From Candidatus Nomurabacteria bacterium (GTDB lineage: Bacteria > Patescibacteriota > Patescibacteriia > HK-STAS-PATE-3): DNA of 64,000 nt. Position 1 is the first letter of the stretch. The number at the start of each line of letters is the position of its first letter. The stretch spans positions 288,001 to 352,000 of the forward strand of contig CP060223.1 in assembly GCA_023898465.1 (NCBI GenBank), given 5' to 3'. The translations under genes and the position numbers were made by a program. This document shows positions 45,892 through 55,326 of the stretch, piece after piece. The notes under the pieces were generated by a model. It ran no database searches and had not been told where the DNA came from. It saw only the letters and a list, made by a program, of their open reading frames with translations.

Positions 45892-46281
45892 ATGCACAAG
45901 GACATTGAATTATATAACAGGGCTTTAACGGCAAAAGAAAAAGCCATTTGCACAACGCTTGCTCACAGCATTGACGAGAGTCTTAAGTTGGCAGAAAGTA
46001 AAATATGGCACGCCCATCCGGTTTGGTTCTTAGCCGGTAATCCCATTGTCGGGTATAGTAAAATGAAGGAAGGTGTTCGGATACTTTTTTGGAGCGGCCA
46101 ATCCTTTGATGAGGAAAAGTTACAACCCGAAGGAAGTTTTAAAGCAGCTGAAGCCAGATATACTAATGTGAAGCAAATGAATAAAACTGACCTTAAAAGG
46201 TGGCTAAAAAAGGCAAAAGAAATTCAGTGGGACTACAAAAATATAGTCAAGCGAAAAGGACGACTTGAGAGGTTGAAATAG
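45892..46281 (+). CDS. hypothetical protein, DUF1801/YdhG-like
   Basis: HPVWFLAGNPIVGY...ILFWSG pattern. Low confidence in the family assignment. Confidence 0.35.
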   Translation: MHKDIELYNRALTAKEKAICTTLAHSIDESLKLAESKIWHAHPVWFLAGNPIVGYSKMKEGVRILFWSGQSFDEEKLQPEGSFKAAEARYTNVKQMNKTDLKRWLKKAKEIQWDYKNIVKRKGRLERLK

Positions 46282-46330
46282 CGTTGTGTTAACTAGACGG
46301 TTCTTGATGGTGAGTTTTTTTATTTAAACA

Positions 46331-46546
46331 AAGAAAAAGACCCCCCATCAGATGTGCTAATGGGGGGTAGGGACGGGTCTCGGCGGCACCTTAGGGCACC
46401 AGGGGTCCGCTCTGTTCTACGGTCAACTTTTTCACGTCTCAAGGGACGTGCCAAAGAGTGCTGAACAATCACAGACCGCGTTGGCCACTGTATGCACTCG
46501 CTCACCATCCCGTGTGCAGAAGCTAACAAAAACTACCTTTTGCGTC
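46331..46546 (-). ncRNA. candidate small RNA on the minus strand, ending at a canonical rho-independent terminator
   Basis: Minus-strand hairpin ACCCCCCAT-11nt-ATGGGGGGT followed by TCTTTTTCTTT at 46331-46368. GC-rich structured body. Putative TTGCAA-18-CATACT promoter at 46554-46583. No convincing protein-like ORF. Confidence 0.4.
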
Positions 46547-46629
46547 AATAGAGAGTATGACAATTACCAACTTTCCTTGCAAAAAAGGTCATTTTCAGGC
46601 ACTATTAGCCCGTACTTAACCACACACCT

Positions 46630-49386
46630 ATGCGCATGCGACGATGGATTCTCACAATAGTAGCAGTAGTTTTTGTGCTCAGTGCTTTAATTGCAGCTTT
46701 AGCGAACACCATAACAGATTGGTGGTGGTTTCAATCGATTCAGCAGACTGATCTCTTCCTCACGCCATTGTATACACAACTACTCTTAGGTTTCGGAGTA
46801 GGCTTATTTGTGGCTCTACTTTTCTTTTTTAATACCTATTTAGTTGGTCGTTTCGCGCGTACGCCATCAAAGACTTTTCAATGGTCACAACGAAAAGGGG
46901 ATGCTGTAGAAATTAAGTCGGTAGCGGTGGCGCCATTTGCTCGCAAGATAAGCATGGTCTTTGCCTTGCTCCTTGGGTTAATTTTTGGATTTACTGCGGC
47001 TAGTCACTGGGAAACCGTGCAACTATTCCTTCATCGTGTGGCTGTTGGACAGACCGATCCATTATTTGGGCGTGATGTGAGTTATTACTTTTTCACGCTG
47101 CCTTTTGTAAAGATTGTGGTACAGACGGCTTTTGCGGCCATGTTACTACTCACCATAACGACCATTGTTTTGTATTTTGTGCATGGTGCCTTAGAAGTTG
47201 GTCGTCGCATTATGGGGCGGGATCGACTGGGTATGAAGACTTTAGTAAGCGCCGCACGTCAGCATCTGTCCATTATCAGCGCGATTCTTTTCGCCTTAGT
47301 CGCTGTTCAGCTTTATTTCATCGCAGTTCCGGATTTAGTGTATAGCGCTACTGGTCCAATCACTGGAGCGAGTTATACCGATGTCCACATCCGCTTGCCC
47401 ATCCTTTATATCGGCACGGGTATTGCGATTCTTCTAGCCGTCAGTCTACTTGCCCACAGTATTAAATCCTCTACACGTTGGGTGGCTGGATTTGCCGGAG
47501 CTTTTCTAGTTCTCTTCATTGTCGGTGGTTGGTTAGTGCCTGATTTGTTGCAGCGCTTCGTTGTTTTACCGAACGAATTAGATAAAGAGTCGGAGTATAT
47601 CACCCGTCATCTCGAGGCTACTCGGCAAGCCTATGGTTTAGATACCATTGAGAAACGTGATCTATCCGGTGACACCGCACTAACCCGGAGTGATATTGAT
47701 GCGAATCCTGGCACAATTAAAAATGTTCGCTTGTGGGATCGCGATCCACTTCTTGATACCTTTAGCCAGATTCAGGAAATTCGCACCTACTATGAGTTTA
47801 ATTCGATCGATAATGATCGCTATACCATCAATGGTGATTATCGTCAGGTGCTATTGTCACCCCGTGAATTGGAGGCTGGGAATCTCCCTCAGCGTAATTT
47901 TATTAACGAGCATCTAACCTTCACCCACGGATATGGACTTACCTTGGGTCCTGTGAACGAAGTCACACCAGAAGGTTTACCAGTGCTATTTGTGCAGGAT
48001 ATTCCACCAAGCTCTTCCACTAATGTTGAGGTGAAGCGTCCGGAAATTTACTTCGGTGAATTAGCAAATGATTACGTCGTAGTAGATAGCGGTGCGAAAG
48101 AGTTTGATTATCCATCCGGTGAGGAAAATGTCTTCAGTGATTACAGTGGAGATGGGGGAGTGCAGGTGAACTCTCTATTCCGTAAGTTGCTCTACGCTAT
48201 TCGCTTCCAATCAAGTAAATTCCTGTTCTCCTCAGATATCAAAGGCGACTCACGCGTCATGTACTACCGTGATATTCAGGATCGAGTGCAGCGTACCTTG
48301 CCGTTTTTACGCTTTGATGGTGACCCATATCTCGTGGTGCGTGATGATGGTTCCTTGACTTGGATCTACGACGCGTATACCACCTCGAATGCGTATCCAT
48401 ATGCCGAGCGAGTCTCTGATGCACTCCTACAGCATAATAGCGGTGGGCTCTATGGTCAGATTAACTACATTCGCAATGCGGTAAAAGTGAGCATTGATGG
48501 ATATACAGGCGCCATGACCTTCTATGTCGCGGACGCTAATGATGCAATTATTCAGGCATATCAGGGCGTTTTCCCGGCTAGCTTCACCTCAATGAATGAA
48601 ATGCCGGATGATTTGCGTTCACATATCCGCTTCCCAGAAGATATGTTCCAGTATTTGACCAACATCTACTCGATCTATCACATGGAGGATGCGCAAATCT
48701 TCTATAACCGCGAGGACCAGTGGTCGATTCCAACCCGGCCAAATGAAAGCTCTGATCCCTTCATGCGACATATGATTATGCGCTTGCCAGAAGAGGAAAA
48801 AGAGGAATACATCCTCATGCTTCCTTTCACGCCTAGGGGTAAAGATAATCTCTCAGCCTGGATGGTTGCCCGAAATGACGGCCAACACTACGGTCAATTG
48901 GTTGTGTATCGATTCCCGAAACAAAAGTTAGTGTATGGCCCAATCCAGATCATCAATCGTATTAACCAGGATCCGGATATTTCGCGACAAATTTCACTTT
49001 GGGATCAGCGCGGCTCAGAGGTTATTCGTGGTAACTTGTTGGTTATCCCGATTGAGTCATCCTTGCTTTATGTGCAGCCAATTTATCTCCGTGCCGAAGG
49101 AGGACGCATCCCAGAGTTGAAGCGCGTCATTGTAGCGCATGAAAACAAGATCGCCATGGAGGAAACGCTTGATCAAGCCTTGATTCGACTTTTCCCTCGT
49201 GATGGAGAGGCGCCAGCACCGAGCAATACCACCGATGAAGAGACTGATACCACGGACGCAAGTGTGGCGCAGCAGGCCAGCGATGCATACCAGCGAGCCT
49301 TAGATGCGCAGCGGAATGGCGACTGGACGACCTATGGCGAGGAGATACAGCGTCTCGGTGAGTTGCTTGGGCAGCTAAACCAATAG
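46630..49386 (+). CDS. UPF0182-family large membrane protein
   Basis: 918 aa with N-terminal multi-TM region carrying a WWWF motif, and a large extracytoplasmic domain, as in actinobacterial UPF0182 proteins. Confidence 0.65.
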   Translation: MRMRRWILTIVAVVFVLSALIAALANTITDWWWFQSIQQTDLFLTPLYTQLLLGFGVGLFVALLFFFNTYLVGRFARTPSKTFQWSQRKGDAVEIKSVAVAPFARKISMVFALLLGLIFGFTAASHWETVQLFLHRVAVGQTDPLFGRDVSYYFFTLPFVKIVVQTAFAAMLLLTITTIVLYFVHGALEVGRRIMGRDRLGMKTLVSAARQHLSIISAILFALVAVQLYFIAVPDLVYSATGPITGASYTDVHIRLPILYIGTGIAILLAVSLLAHSIKSSTRWVAGFAGAFLVLFIVGGWLVPDLLQRFVVLPNELDKESEYITRHLEATRQAYGLDTIEKRDLSGDTALTRSDIDANPGTIKNVRLWDRDPLLDTFSQIQEIRTYYEFNSIDNDRYTINGDYRQVLLSPRELEAGNLPQRNFINEHLTFTHGYGLTLGPVNEVTPEGLPVLFVQDIPPSSSTNVEVKRPEIYFGELANDYVVVDSGAKEFDYPSGEENVFSDYSGDGGVQVNSLFRKLLYAIRFQSSKFLFSSDIKGDSRVMYYRDIQDRVQRTLPFLRFDGDPYLVVRDDGSLTWIYDAYTTSNAYPYAERVSDALLQHNSGGLYGQINYIRNAVKVSIDGYTGAMTFYVADANDAIIQAYQGVFPASFTSMNEMPDDLRSHIRFPEDMFQYLTNIYSIYHMEDAQIFYNREDQWSIPTRPNESSDPFMRHMIMRLPEEEKEEYILMLPFTPRGKDNLSAWMVARNDGQHYGQLVVYRFPKQKLVYGPIQIINRINQDPDISRQISLWDQRGSEVIRGNLLVIPIESSLLYVQPIYLRAEGGRIPELKRVIVAHENKIAMEETLDQALIRLFPRDGEAPAPSNTTDEETDTTDASVAQQASDAYQRALDAQRNGDWTTYGEEIQRLGELLGQLNQ

Positions 49387-49387
49387 C

Positions 49388-49954
49388 ATGAAACGGGGGA
49401 TCAAGGTACTGCTTATTTCCGACGCTTGGATTAATCTTGCCTTAGGCATGATAGGTCCGATTTACGCTATTTTTGTGGAAGACATTGGCGGGGACCTCCT
49501 GGACGCGAGCTGGGCGTATTCCGTTTACATGATCACTGCTGGAGTTGTGATGTTTTTGCTTGGTAAGTGGGAGGATCGCGCCAAACACAAGGAAAAGTTT
49601 GTGGTTATTGGTTATGCGCTTATTAGCCTAGCGTGTTTCATGTATATTTTTGTGAATAGTCAGATTATGCTTTTGTTCACGCAGGCAGTACTTGGACTTT
49701 CTCTCGCCGTGCTCAGTCCGTCATTTGATGCCATTTATTCACATTTTGTGAAGCGTAAAGAAGAGGCCTCAAATTGGGGTATTTGGGAAGCGATGAGTTA
49801 TGTAGTGACCGCCATTGCCGCGATCATTGGAGGCTATGTCGCGGACGGTTTCGGTTTCCGCACCCTTTTCATTGTCATGTTTGTTATTTCCTTATTTGGT
49901 ACAAGTTATAGCATGCATTTGTATCGAGGTAAGAAGTATTTGAATCGGGGATGA
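49388..49954 (+). CDS. 6-TM MFS-like half-transporter (possible gene fragment)
   Basis: 188 aa, about 6 hydrophobic helices. GGYVADGFGFR resembles the MFS motif-A loop. Confidence 0.4.
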   Translation: MKRGIKVLLISDAWINLALGMIGPIYAIFVEDIGGDLLDASWAYSVYMITAGVVMFLLGKWEDRAKHKEKFVVIGYALISLACFMYIFVNSQIMLLFTQAVLGLSLAVLSPSFDAIYSHFVKRKEEASNWGIWEAMSYVVTAIAAIIGGYVADGFGFRTLFIVMFVISLFGTSYSMHLYRGKKYLNRG

Positions 49955-49971
49955 TTCGAATGAATATGAGA

Positions 49972-50010
49972 AGAACAGGGACCACGCGAAGGCATAGTCC
50001 CTGTGTTCTG
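49972..50010 (-). terminator. hairpin terminator downstream of the minus-strand secreted-protein gene
   Basis: GAACAGGGAC / GTCCCTG(TG)TTC stem just past the stop codon on the minus strand. Confidence 0.4.
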
Positions 50011-50490
50011 CTATTCACCGCTTGATCCGGCGCCGATCGAGGCTCCAAACACCGTCACTCCGTCGCGTTGTCCGATCATCAAGTCAACCGGTGGGAGTTG
50101 GATGAACTTCATCACATAAGGGTTCAGATACTGCAGTACCCGGAAGTGGGCAGCGTATCCGAGTATCGGGTCAAATCCGTCCGAAGGTTGGAAGCCAAGC
50201 GTTGCTGATACACCGAGGAAAGGAAGCGGTTGCACATGGACATGGCCGCCCAACATCCAGAGGATTTCCTTGTCCTCGACCTGCAGGCAGACTTGGGGTC
50301 CGACCGAGAGGTGGCTGAGAGGAAAAAGTCGATGGTACTGACCGTCGAGACGCAGTTCGTCTTCTTCATCGACTCTGGTGTCGCCACCAACGATGATTGC
50401 TCCGAACTTGGGATGAGTATCGTCGTCAGCCAGGCTTGTCCCAGCCATCAAGCCTAGCAGTAACAGTGAAAAAAGAACGCACACTTTCAT
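50011..50490 (-). CDS. GC-rich secreted protein with a signal peptide (hypothetical)
   Basis: Start at MKVCVLFSLLLLGLMAGTSLA (signal peptide) with a GGAGGG RBS. About 56% GC versus ~47% in flanking DNA. Confidence 0.5.
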   Translation of the reverse strand: MKVCVLFSLLLLGLMAGTSLADDDTHPKFGAIIVGGDTRVDEEDELRLDGQYHRLFPLSHLSVGPQVCLQVEDKEILWMLGGHVHVQPLPFLGVSATLGFQPSDGFDPILGYAAHFRVLQYLNPYVMKFIQLPPVDLMIGQRDGVTVFGASIGAGSSGE

Positions 50491-50578
50491 GGCACACCCT
50501 CCGTATGCATAGTGGAAACTGACGCTTACTATGGTACTCCAGGAGGGACTATCTCGCAAAAAGTGGAGAAATAGCAAC

Positions 50579-50607
50579 TTGACAAACAGGCGCTTTTTCG
50601 GTATGTT
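50579..50607 (+). promoter_or_regulatory. sigma70-like promoter of rnpB (TTGACA-17-TATGTT)
   Basis: Consensus -35, 17-nt spacer, -10 positioned 6 nt before the predicted RNA 5' end. Confidence 0.6.
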
Positions 50608-50612
50608 CGCAT

Positions 50613-51031
50613 GTGCTGACGTGCGCCGGATGACTGCTCCGCCTTAGGTGGAGAGGAAAGTCCGAACACCCCCCAAGCCCCCCATTTTTGAGAGGTTTGT
50701 GGAAGTAGGTCGTTCCGAAAGGGAACCGAGCAATTGGTTGTAAGCTTTCGGCCGAATAACCAATGGTTTAGGGAAAGTGTCACAGAGACAATACTGCCGA
50801 TGATCTCGCTTAGCGGGATACAGGTAATAGGTGAAAAGTAAGGGCCTAAGAATCCTTTCTCTTCATAGGTGACTATGAGGAGTGAAAAACCCGACCTGGT
50901 GCAAGATCGCATAGGTCTAGTCATTCGACTGGACGGGTAGATCGCATGATCCCGACGGCGACGTCGGGGCTAGAGAGATAGTCATCCCTCATTATGAGGA
51001 CAGAATTCGGCTTATAGGTGTGCGTCAGCAC
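50613..51031 (+). ncRNA. rnpB: RNase P RNA, bacterial type A
   Basis: Conserved blocks GAGGAAAGTCCGAACAC (P4), ACAGAGACAA, GGTAATAGGTGAAAAG, GACAGAATTCGGCTTAT (3' P4 strand). P1 helix GTGCTGACG/CGTCAGCAC closes the molecule. About 420 nt. Confidence 0.85.
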
Positions 51032-51043
51032 CTAAGAGAATTT

Positions 51044-52432
51044 ATGAAAAAGCTTGAATTGGTAATTAGCGCAATTCTTGTACCGATCGACTGGCTTATG
51101 ATCGTTGCTGCTGGTTTGGCTTCGTATTACCTACGTTTCACCAGTTTTGCTGAATTGCGACCGGTTATTTATGAAATGCCATTTGATGAGTACGTTAATA
51201 TCGTGCTCGGAGTGGCAGTGTTATGGCTGCTTATTTTTGCCATGAGCGGTCTCTATAGCTTAGGTGGTCGTGTCCGATGGGTTGATGAATTCGCAAAGGT
51301 CTTTTTTGCCTGTTCAACCGGAGTTATGCTCCTGATTATTTTGATTTTCTTCCAGCGTGAACTTTTTTCTTCACGTTTTATTATTGTATCCGGCTGGGTG
51401 CTTAGCATACTTTTTGTGGCCCTAGCCCGCATTGTGGTTCGCGTTGTACAACATTCCTTATATGTGAAAGGTGTGGGTGTGCATCGTTTAGCTCTGGTAG
51501 GTAATAGTGGATCTCAGCATGAATTACAGAATCACATTAGCAATCATCCTGGGTTAGGCATGCGTGTGGTGCATACCTATGGGCAAGCAGATGAAAGCGT
51601 TCTTCCTCAGCTGGAAACGCTTATGCAACAGCGTGCCATTGACGAGCTAGTGGTCACTGATGCACGGATGCCAAAAGAAGCTATGTTGAAGTTGATCGAA
51701 TTGGCAAATGATTATCATGTAAATTTTAAATATGCGGCAGATCGTTTTGAGACCATGGCGTCAAGTATTAGTACGCAAACGCTGGGTGGTATACCGATCA
51801 TTGAATTGTGCCGCACACCGCTCGATGGTTGGGGTAAGATATTGAAACGCAGCTTCGATATTTTTGGCGCGGTGATAGGTCTCATCATTCTTATTCCAGT
51901 CGGCGCAATAGTCGCCTTAGCTATCTCCATAGACAATCCAGGTCCGATCTTTGTTCGACTTGAGCGGATAGGTAAAGCAAATAAACGATTCCATCTTTAT
52001 AAGTTTCGTTCCATGGTGCCAAATGCGCATGCTATGAAGCCACAACTCATGCAAATGAATGAGCGAAATGATGGACCCCTCTTTAAAATGAAAAACGATC
52101 CACGCATTACGCGAGTTGGTCGCTTCCTCCGGGTTTCCAGTATTGATGAGCTACCGCAGCTATGGAACGTGTTAAAAGGTGAAATGAGTTTAGTGGGCCC
52201 TCGTCCACATGAGCCAGAAGAGGTGGCAAAGTATTCGCGCAACGATCGCAGCCTGCTGACTGTGAAGCCGGGGATTACCGGCCTGGCACAGATTTCCGGT
52301 CGTTCTACACTTAGCTTTGAGGAAGAGGTGCGCTTGGATCTCTATTACATTGAGCATTGGTCGCTTCGTCTAGATCTGCATATACTCGTAAAAACACCCG
52401 CAGTCGTGTTGTCGACTCGTTCCGCCGCATGA
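51044..52432 (+). CDS. polyprenyl-phosphate sugar phosphotransferase (WbaP/WcaJ-like initiating transferase)
   Basis: Five N-terminal TM helices and the C-terminal bacterial sugar-transferase domain (DIFGAVIGL...KFRSM...DELPQLWNVLKGEMSLVGPRP). Start set at the ATG downstream of rnpB. Confidence 0.8.
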   Translation: MKKLELVISAILVPIDWLMIVAAGLASYYLRFTSFAELRPVIYEMPFDEYVNIVLGVAVLWLLIFAMSGLYSLGGRVRWVDEFAKVFFACSTGVMLLIILIFFQRELFSSRFIIVSGWVLSILFVALARIVVRVVQHSLYVKGVGVHRLALVGNSGSQHELQNHISNHPGLGMRVVHTYGQADESVLPQLETLMQQRAIDELVVTDARMPKEAMLKLIELANDYHVNFKYAADRFETMASSISTQTLGGIPIIELCRTPLDGWGKILKRSFDIFGAVIGLIILIPVGAIVALAISIDNPGPIFVRLERIGKANKRFHLYKFRSMVPNAHAMKPQLMQMNERNDGPLFKMKNDPRITRVGRFLRVSSIDELPQLWNVLKGEMSLVGPRPHEPEEVAKYSRNDRSLLTVKPGITGLAQISGRSTLSFEEEVRLDLYYIEHWSLRLDLHILVKTPAVVLSTRSAA

Positions 52433-53565
52433 AAAAACCACGCATCGCTTTAGTTCATGAGCACTTAGCCCAGGACGGGGGAGCAGAAAAAGTGCTGAAA
52501 GTGTTTCAGGAAATGTTTCCTGAGGCGCCTACCTATACCTTGGTATTTGATAAACGCAAAACGAATCGGGCCTTTTTAGGAAAGGATATTCGCACGTCTT
52601 TTATTCAAAAGTTGCCTTTCGGGGTACGTCATTATCAAATGTATTTGCCACTTATGCCATCGGCGGTTGAGCAATTCAACTTAGGTGACTACGATATTGT
52701 GCTCTCTTCCAGTTCTGCTTTATCAAAGGGCGTGCTCACGCTTCCAGAGACTCTTCACATTTGTTACTGCCATTCACCAACGCGCTATCTGTGGAGTGAT
52801 ACGCATCGTTACGTGCAGGAGCTACCCTACAATCGTCTGATCAAAAAGTTTGTTCCGATGCTGCTTAATCGCATTCGCATGTGGGACCGTTTAGCGGCTG
52901 AGCGAGTTGATACTTTTATTGCAAATTCATACGCTATCCGACGTCGCATTCAGAAATATTATCAGCGCGACAGTCAGGTTATTTATCCGCCGGTTGATGC
53001 ACAGTCATTTAGTATTAGCCCGACTATTGGCAATTACTATTTGATCGGTGGTCGCTTAGTTGCGTACAAGCGCTATGACCTGGCGGTGATGGCCTTTAAT
53101 CGCCTTGGTATTCCTTTGAAGATATTTGGCGATGGGCCGGAACTTAAAAACCTCAAAAGCATTGCTAAGTCTAATATTGAGTTTGTCGGCAAAGTTTCGC
53201 CGGATGAATTAAAAAAGCTGTATCGTGAGTGCGTGGCTTTTCTTCACCCACAAGAAGAAGACTTTGGCATCACTGCAATTGAGGCAATGGCGTCTGGTCG
53301 TCCTGTTATTGCGTATGCGGCTGGTGGTGCGCTGGAAACAGTAATACCCGGAAAAACAGGCGAGCTTTTTGATGATCAAAATTGGGAAACCTTAGCAGAC
53401 ACAATAGTCCGTTTCCATCCCGAACAGTATTCACCAGAAGAAATTCGTGCGCACGCTTTGCAGTTTGATACCGAAGTGTTTAAGAAGCGGGTGCACGACT
53501 TTGTCGATCAAAAATACGCTGAGCATTCAACTATTCGTAATTCATCACATCCCTATGGAGCTTGA
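52429..53565 (+). CDS. GT4-family glycosyltransferase
   Basis: GT4 fold with EAMASGRPVIAYAAGGALE motif. ATGA overlap with the upstream gene. Confidence 0.75.
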   Translation: MKKPRIALVHEHLAQDGGAEKVLKVFQEMFPEAPTYTLVFDKRKTNRAFLGKDIRTSFIQKLPFGVRHYQMYLPLMPSAVEQFNLGDYDIVLSSSSALSKGVLTLPETLHICYCHSPTRYLWSDTHRYVQELPYNRLIKKFVPMLLNRIRMWDRLAAERVDTFIANSYAIRRRIQKYYQRDSQVIYPPVDAQSFSISPTIGNYYLIGGRLVAYKRYDLAVMAFNRLGIPLKIFGDGPELKNLKSIAKSNIEFVGKVSPDELKKLYRECVAFLHPQEEDFGITAIEAMASGRPVIAYAAGGALETVIPGKTGELFDDQNWETLADTIVRFHPEQYSPEEIRAHALQFDTEVFKKRVHDFVDQKYAEHSTIRNSSHPYGA

Positions 53566-54178
53566 CGGATACCTACGGGCCACATTGCGCCGCCGCACTT
53601 TGGTCATCTCACTTACCTTACTCGGCGGTATTATTGCCTTTGTCTTAAGTTATCTGACGCCGGTGCGCTATGATGTGGCAGTCGCCTCAACTATCCAGCG
53701 TGTGAATGGTCAGAACACTGAACAGTTTCAGTACGATGAGTATTATGCACTGCAGTCGGTTGACCTCGTGGCGCAAACTATCGTGAGCTGGTTTGCCACC
53801 CCATCTTTTGTGGTAGCGGTGTACGAGGAAGCTGGGTTTGATCCGGCAGTCCAATCAGTCAACGAATTAAGTCGTCGCTTTGAAGCACGGAAGTATTCCG
53901 GCCAAAACGTGGTAATAAACTTCACTCAAGAATCGCGAGACAGCGCTGAAAAACTTGCCCAGGGTATTATTGCTTTAGTTGGTGAGCGAGTACCGCAGCT
54001 TGTCCAAGATGCTAATGATACTGGTGCCTTTGCAATTGATTTTGATGCGCCGGTTATTTCCGAGCGAAAAGCAAATCAATTACTCGATACGATACTCGGA
54101 TTATTGGTAGGACTTTTTGTTGCCCTGTTTATTGCCGCTGCGCAAGAAGCCTTAAGCCGGGACACGCAAAGTGTCTGA
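53555..54178 (+). CDS. Wzz/chain-length-determinant-like bitopic membrane protein
   Basis: About 207 aa with N- and C-terminal TM helices flanking a periplasmic domain. Polysaccharide cluster context. Confidence 0.4.
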   Translation: MELDGYLRATLRRRTLVISLTLLGGIIAFVLSYLTPVRYDVAVASTIQRVNGQNTEQFQYDEYYALQSVDLVAQTIVSWFATPSFVVAVYEEAGFDPAVQSVNELSRRFEARKYSGQNVVINFTQESRDSAEKLAQGIIALVGERVPQLVQDANDTGAFAIDFDAPVISERKANQLLDTILGLLVGLFVALFIAAAQEALSRDTQSV

Positions 54179-55307
54179 GAAACGAGTTGGCATTGATGCA
54201 CGTTTCTTTGGACCAGGGGGTAAGGGCTTAGGTCGCTACACCGAGCGTTTGATTAAACACTTGGAGGCACTCGACTTGCCATTTGAGCTGGTAGTTTTTT
54301 TGCGCGAAGAAAATTGGGAAGAGTATCAGCCAAGTAATCCCAAAGTGAAGAAAGTCTTAGCTCCGTATCGCTGGTATTCACTTGCCGAGCAGCTGTATTT
54401 TCCACGCTTGATACGCGCGCAAAAACTTGACCTCACCCACTACGCACACTTTAATGTGCCACTCTTTGCGCCAAAGCGTTTCATCGTCACTATTCACGAT
54501 CTCATCTTAACAAAGTTTCCCACCGAGCGGGCGAGCACACTAGGCCCCTTACGCTATTGGGTGAAACATGCCGGGTCGCAGTTGGTCTTGCAGCAGGCCG
54601 TGAAGCGCGCAGAGAAGGTGATTACAGTATCTCAGTACTCAGCCGAGCAAATCGCTCAAACGCTCCATGTGCCAAAAGAGAAAATTCAAGTAATTCTCGA
54701 GGGTTGTGAACCATTAGCAAACACAGATCCAGTGAGGCCACAGAGCTTAACCCAAGTAGAAGATGGCTATGTGCTCTACGTTGGTAACGCGTATCCGCAT
54801 AAGAATCTAGAATATCTGCTAGAAGTTTGGGAAAAGATGAGAGCCTCTGGACGTGATGAGACGCTCGTCTTAGTGGGTAAGATGGATTATTTTTATTCTC
54901 GGCTTCGTGAGCGCGCCAAGCAAAAGGGTTTACTCGAAGGAAAATCACCAGTTGTCTTTGCTGGAGGTTTGAGCGATGCCGAGCTGCAATGGGCTTATGC
55001 ACACAGCGGTCTCTATGTATTTCCATCTCTTATGGAAGGTTTTGGTCTGCCTCCGCTTGAAGCAATGCGCGCCGGCGTGCCTGTGGTGGCTGCTCGTGCT
55101 TCTTGCCTCCCTGAAATTTTGGGCCCGGCTGCTGAGTATTTTGATCCACATTCACAGGAAGACCTCCAGCGCGCTATGTTGGCTGTTTTAGATAACCCCG
55201 CACTTCGGGAAAAGTACATCTCCTTAGGCTATGAGCAGATAGGGCGCTATCGTTGGGAGGAAATGGCAAAGCAGACCGCCCAACTTTATCAAGAACTGCT
55301 ATACTAG
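54171..55307 (+). CDS. GT4-family glycosyltransferase
   Basis: EGFGLPPLEAMRAGVPVVAARAS motif. Confidence 0.75.
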   Translation: MSEKRVGIDARFFGPGGKGLGRYTERLIKHLEALDLPFELVVFLREENWEEYQPSNPKVKKVLAPYRWYSLAEQLYFPRLIRAQKLDLTHYAHFNVPLFAPKRFIVTIHDLILTKFPTERASTLGPLRYWVKHAGSQLVLQQAVKRAEKVITVSQYSAEQIAQTLHVPKEKIQVILEGCEPLANTDPVRPQSLTQVEDGYVLYVGNAYPHKNLEYLLEVWEKMRASGRDETLVLVGKMDYFYSRLRERAKQKGLLEGKSPVVFAGGLSDAELQWAYAHSGLYVFPSLMEGFGLPPLEAMRAGVPVVAARASCLPEILGPAAEYFDPHSQEDLQRAMLAVLDNPALREKYISLGYEQIGRYRWEEMAKQTAQLYQELLY

Positions 55308-55326
55308 GGTGATAGAGGATTGACCC

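Noticed and set aside
46320-46660. ORFs 46320..46529 (-) and 46448..46660 (+) in the candidate sRNA region
   Set aside because: Low-complexity Arg/Pro-rich translations. The minus-strand frame runs through an intrinsic terminator hairpin, which fits better with a noncoding RNA.
51020-51043. GTG-initiated 5' extension of the sugar-transferase ORF as given in the ORF track
   Set aside because: It overlaps the 3' P1/P4 region of the RNase P RNA. An in-frame ATG at 51044 just downstream gives a normal N-terminus.
54622-55219. Antisense/overlapping ORFs in the third GT4 gene
   Set aside because: They lie inside a confidently called coding region.
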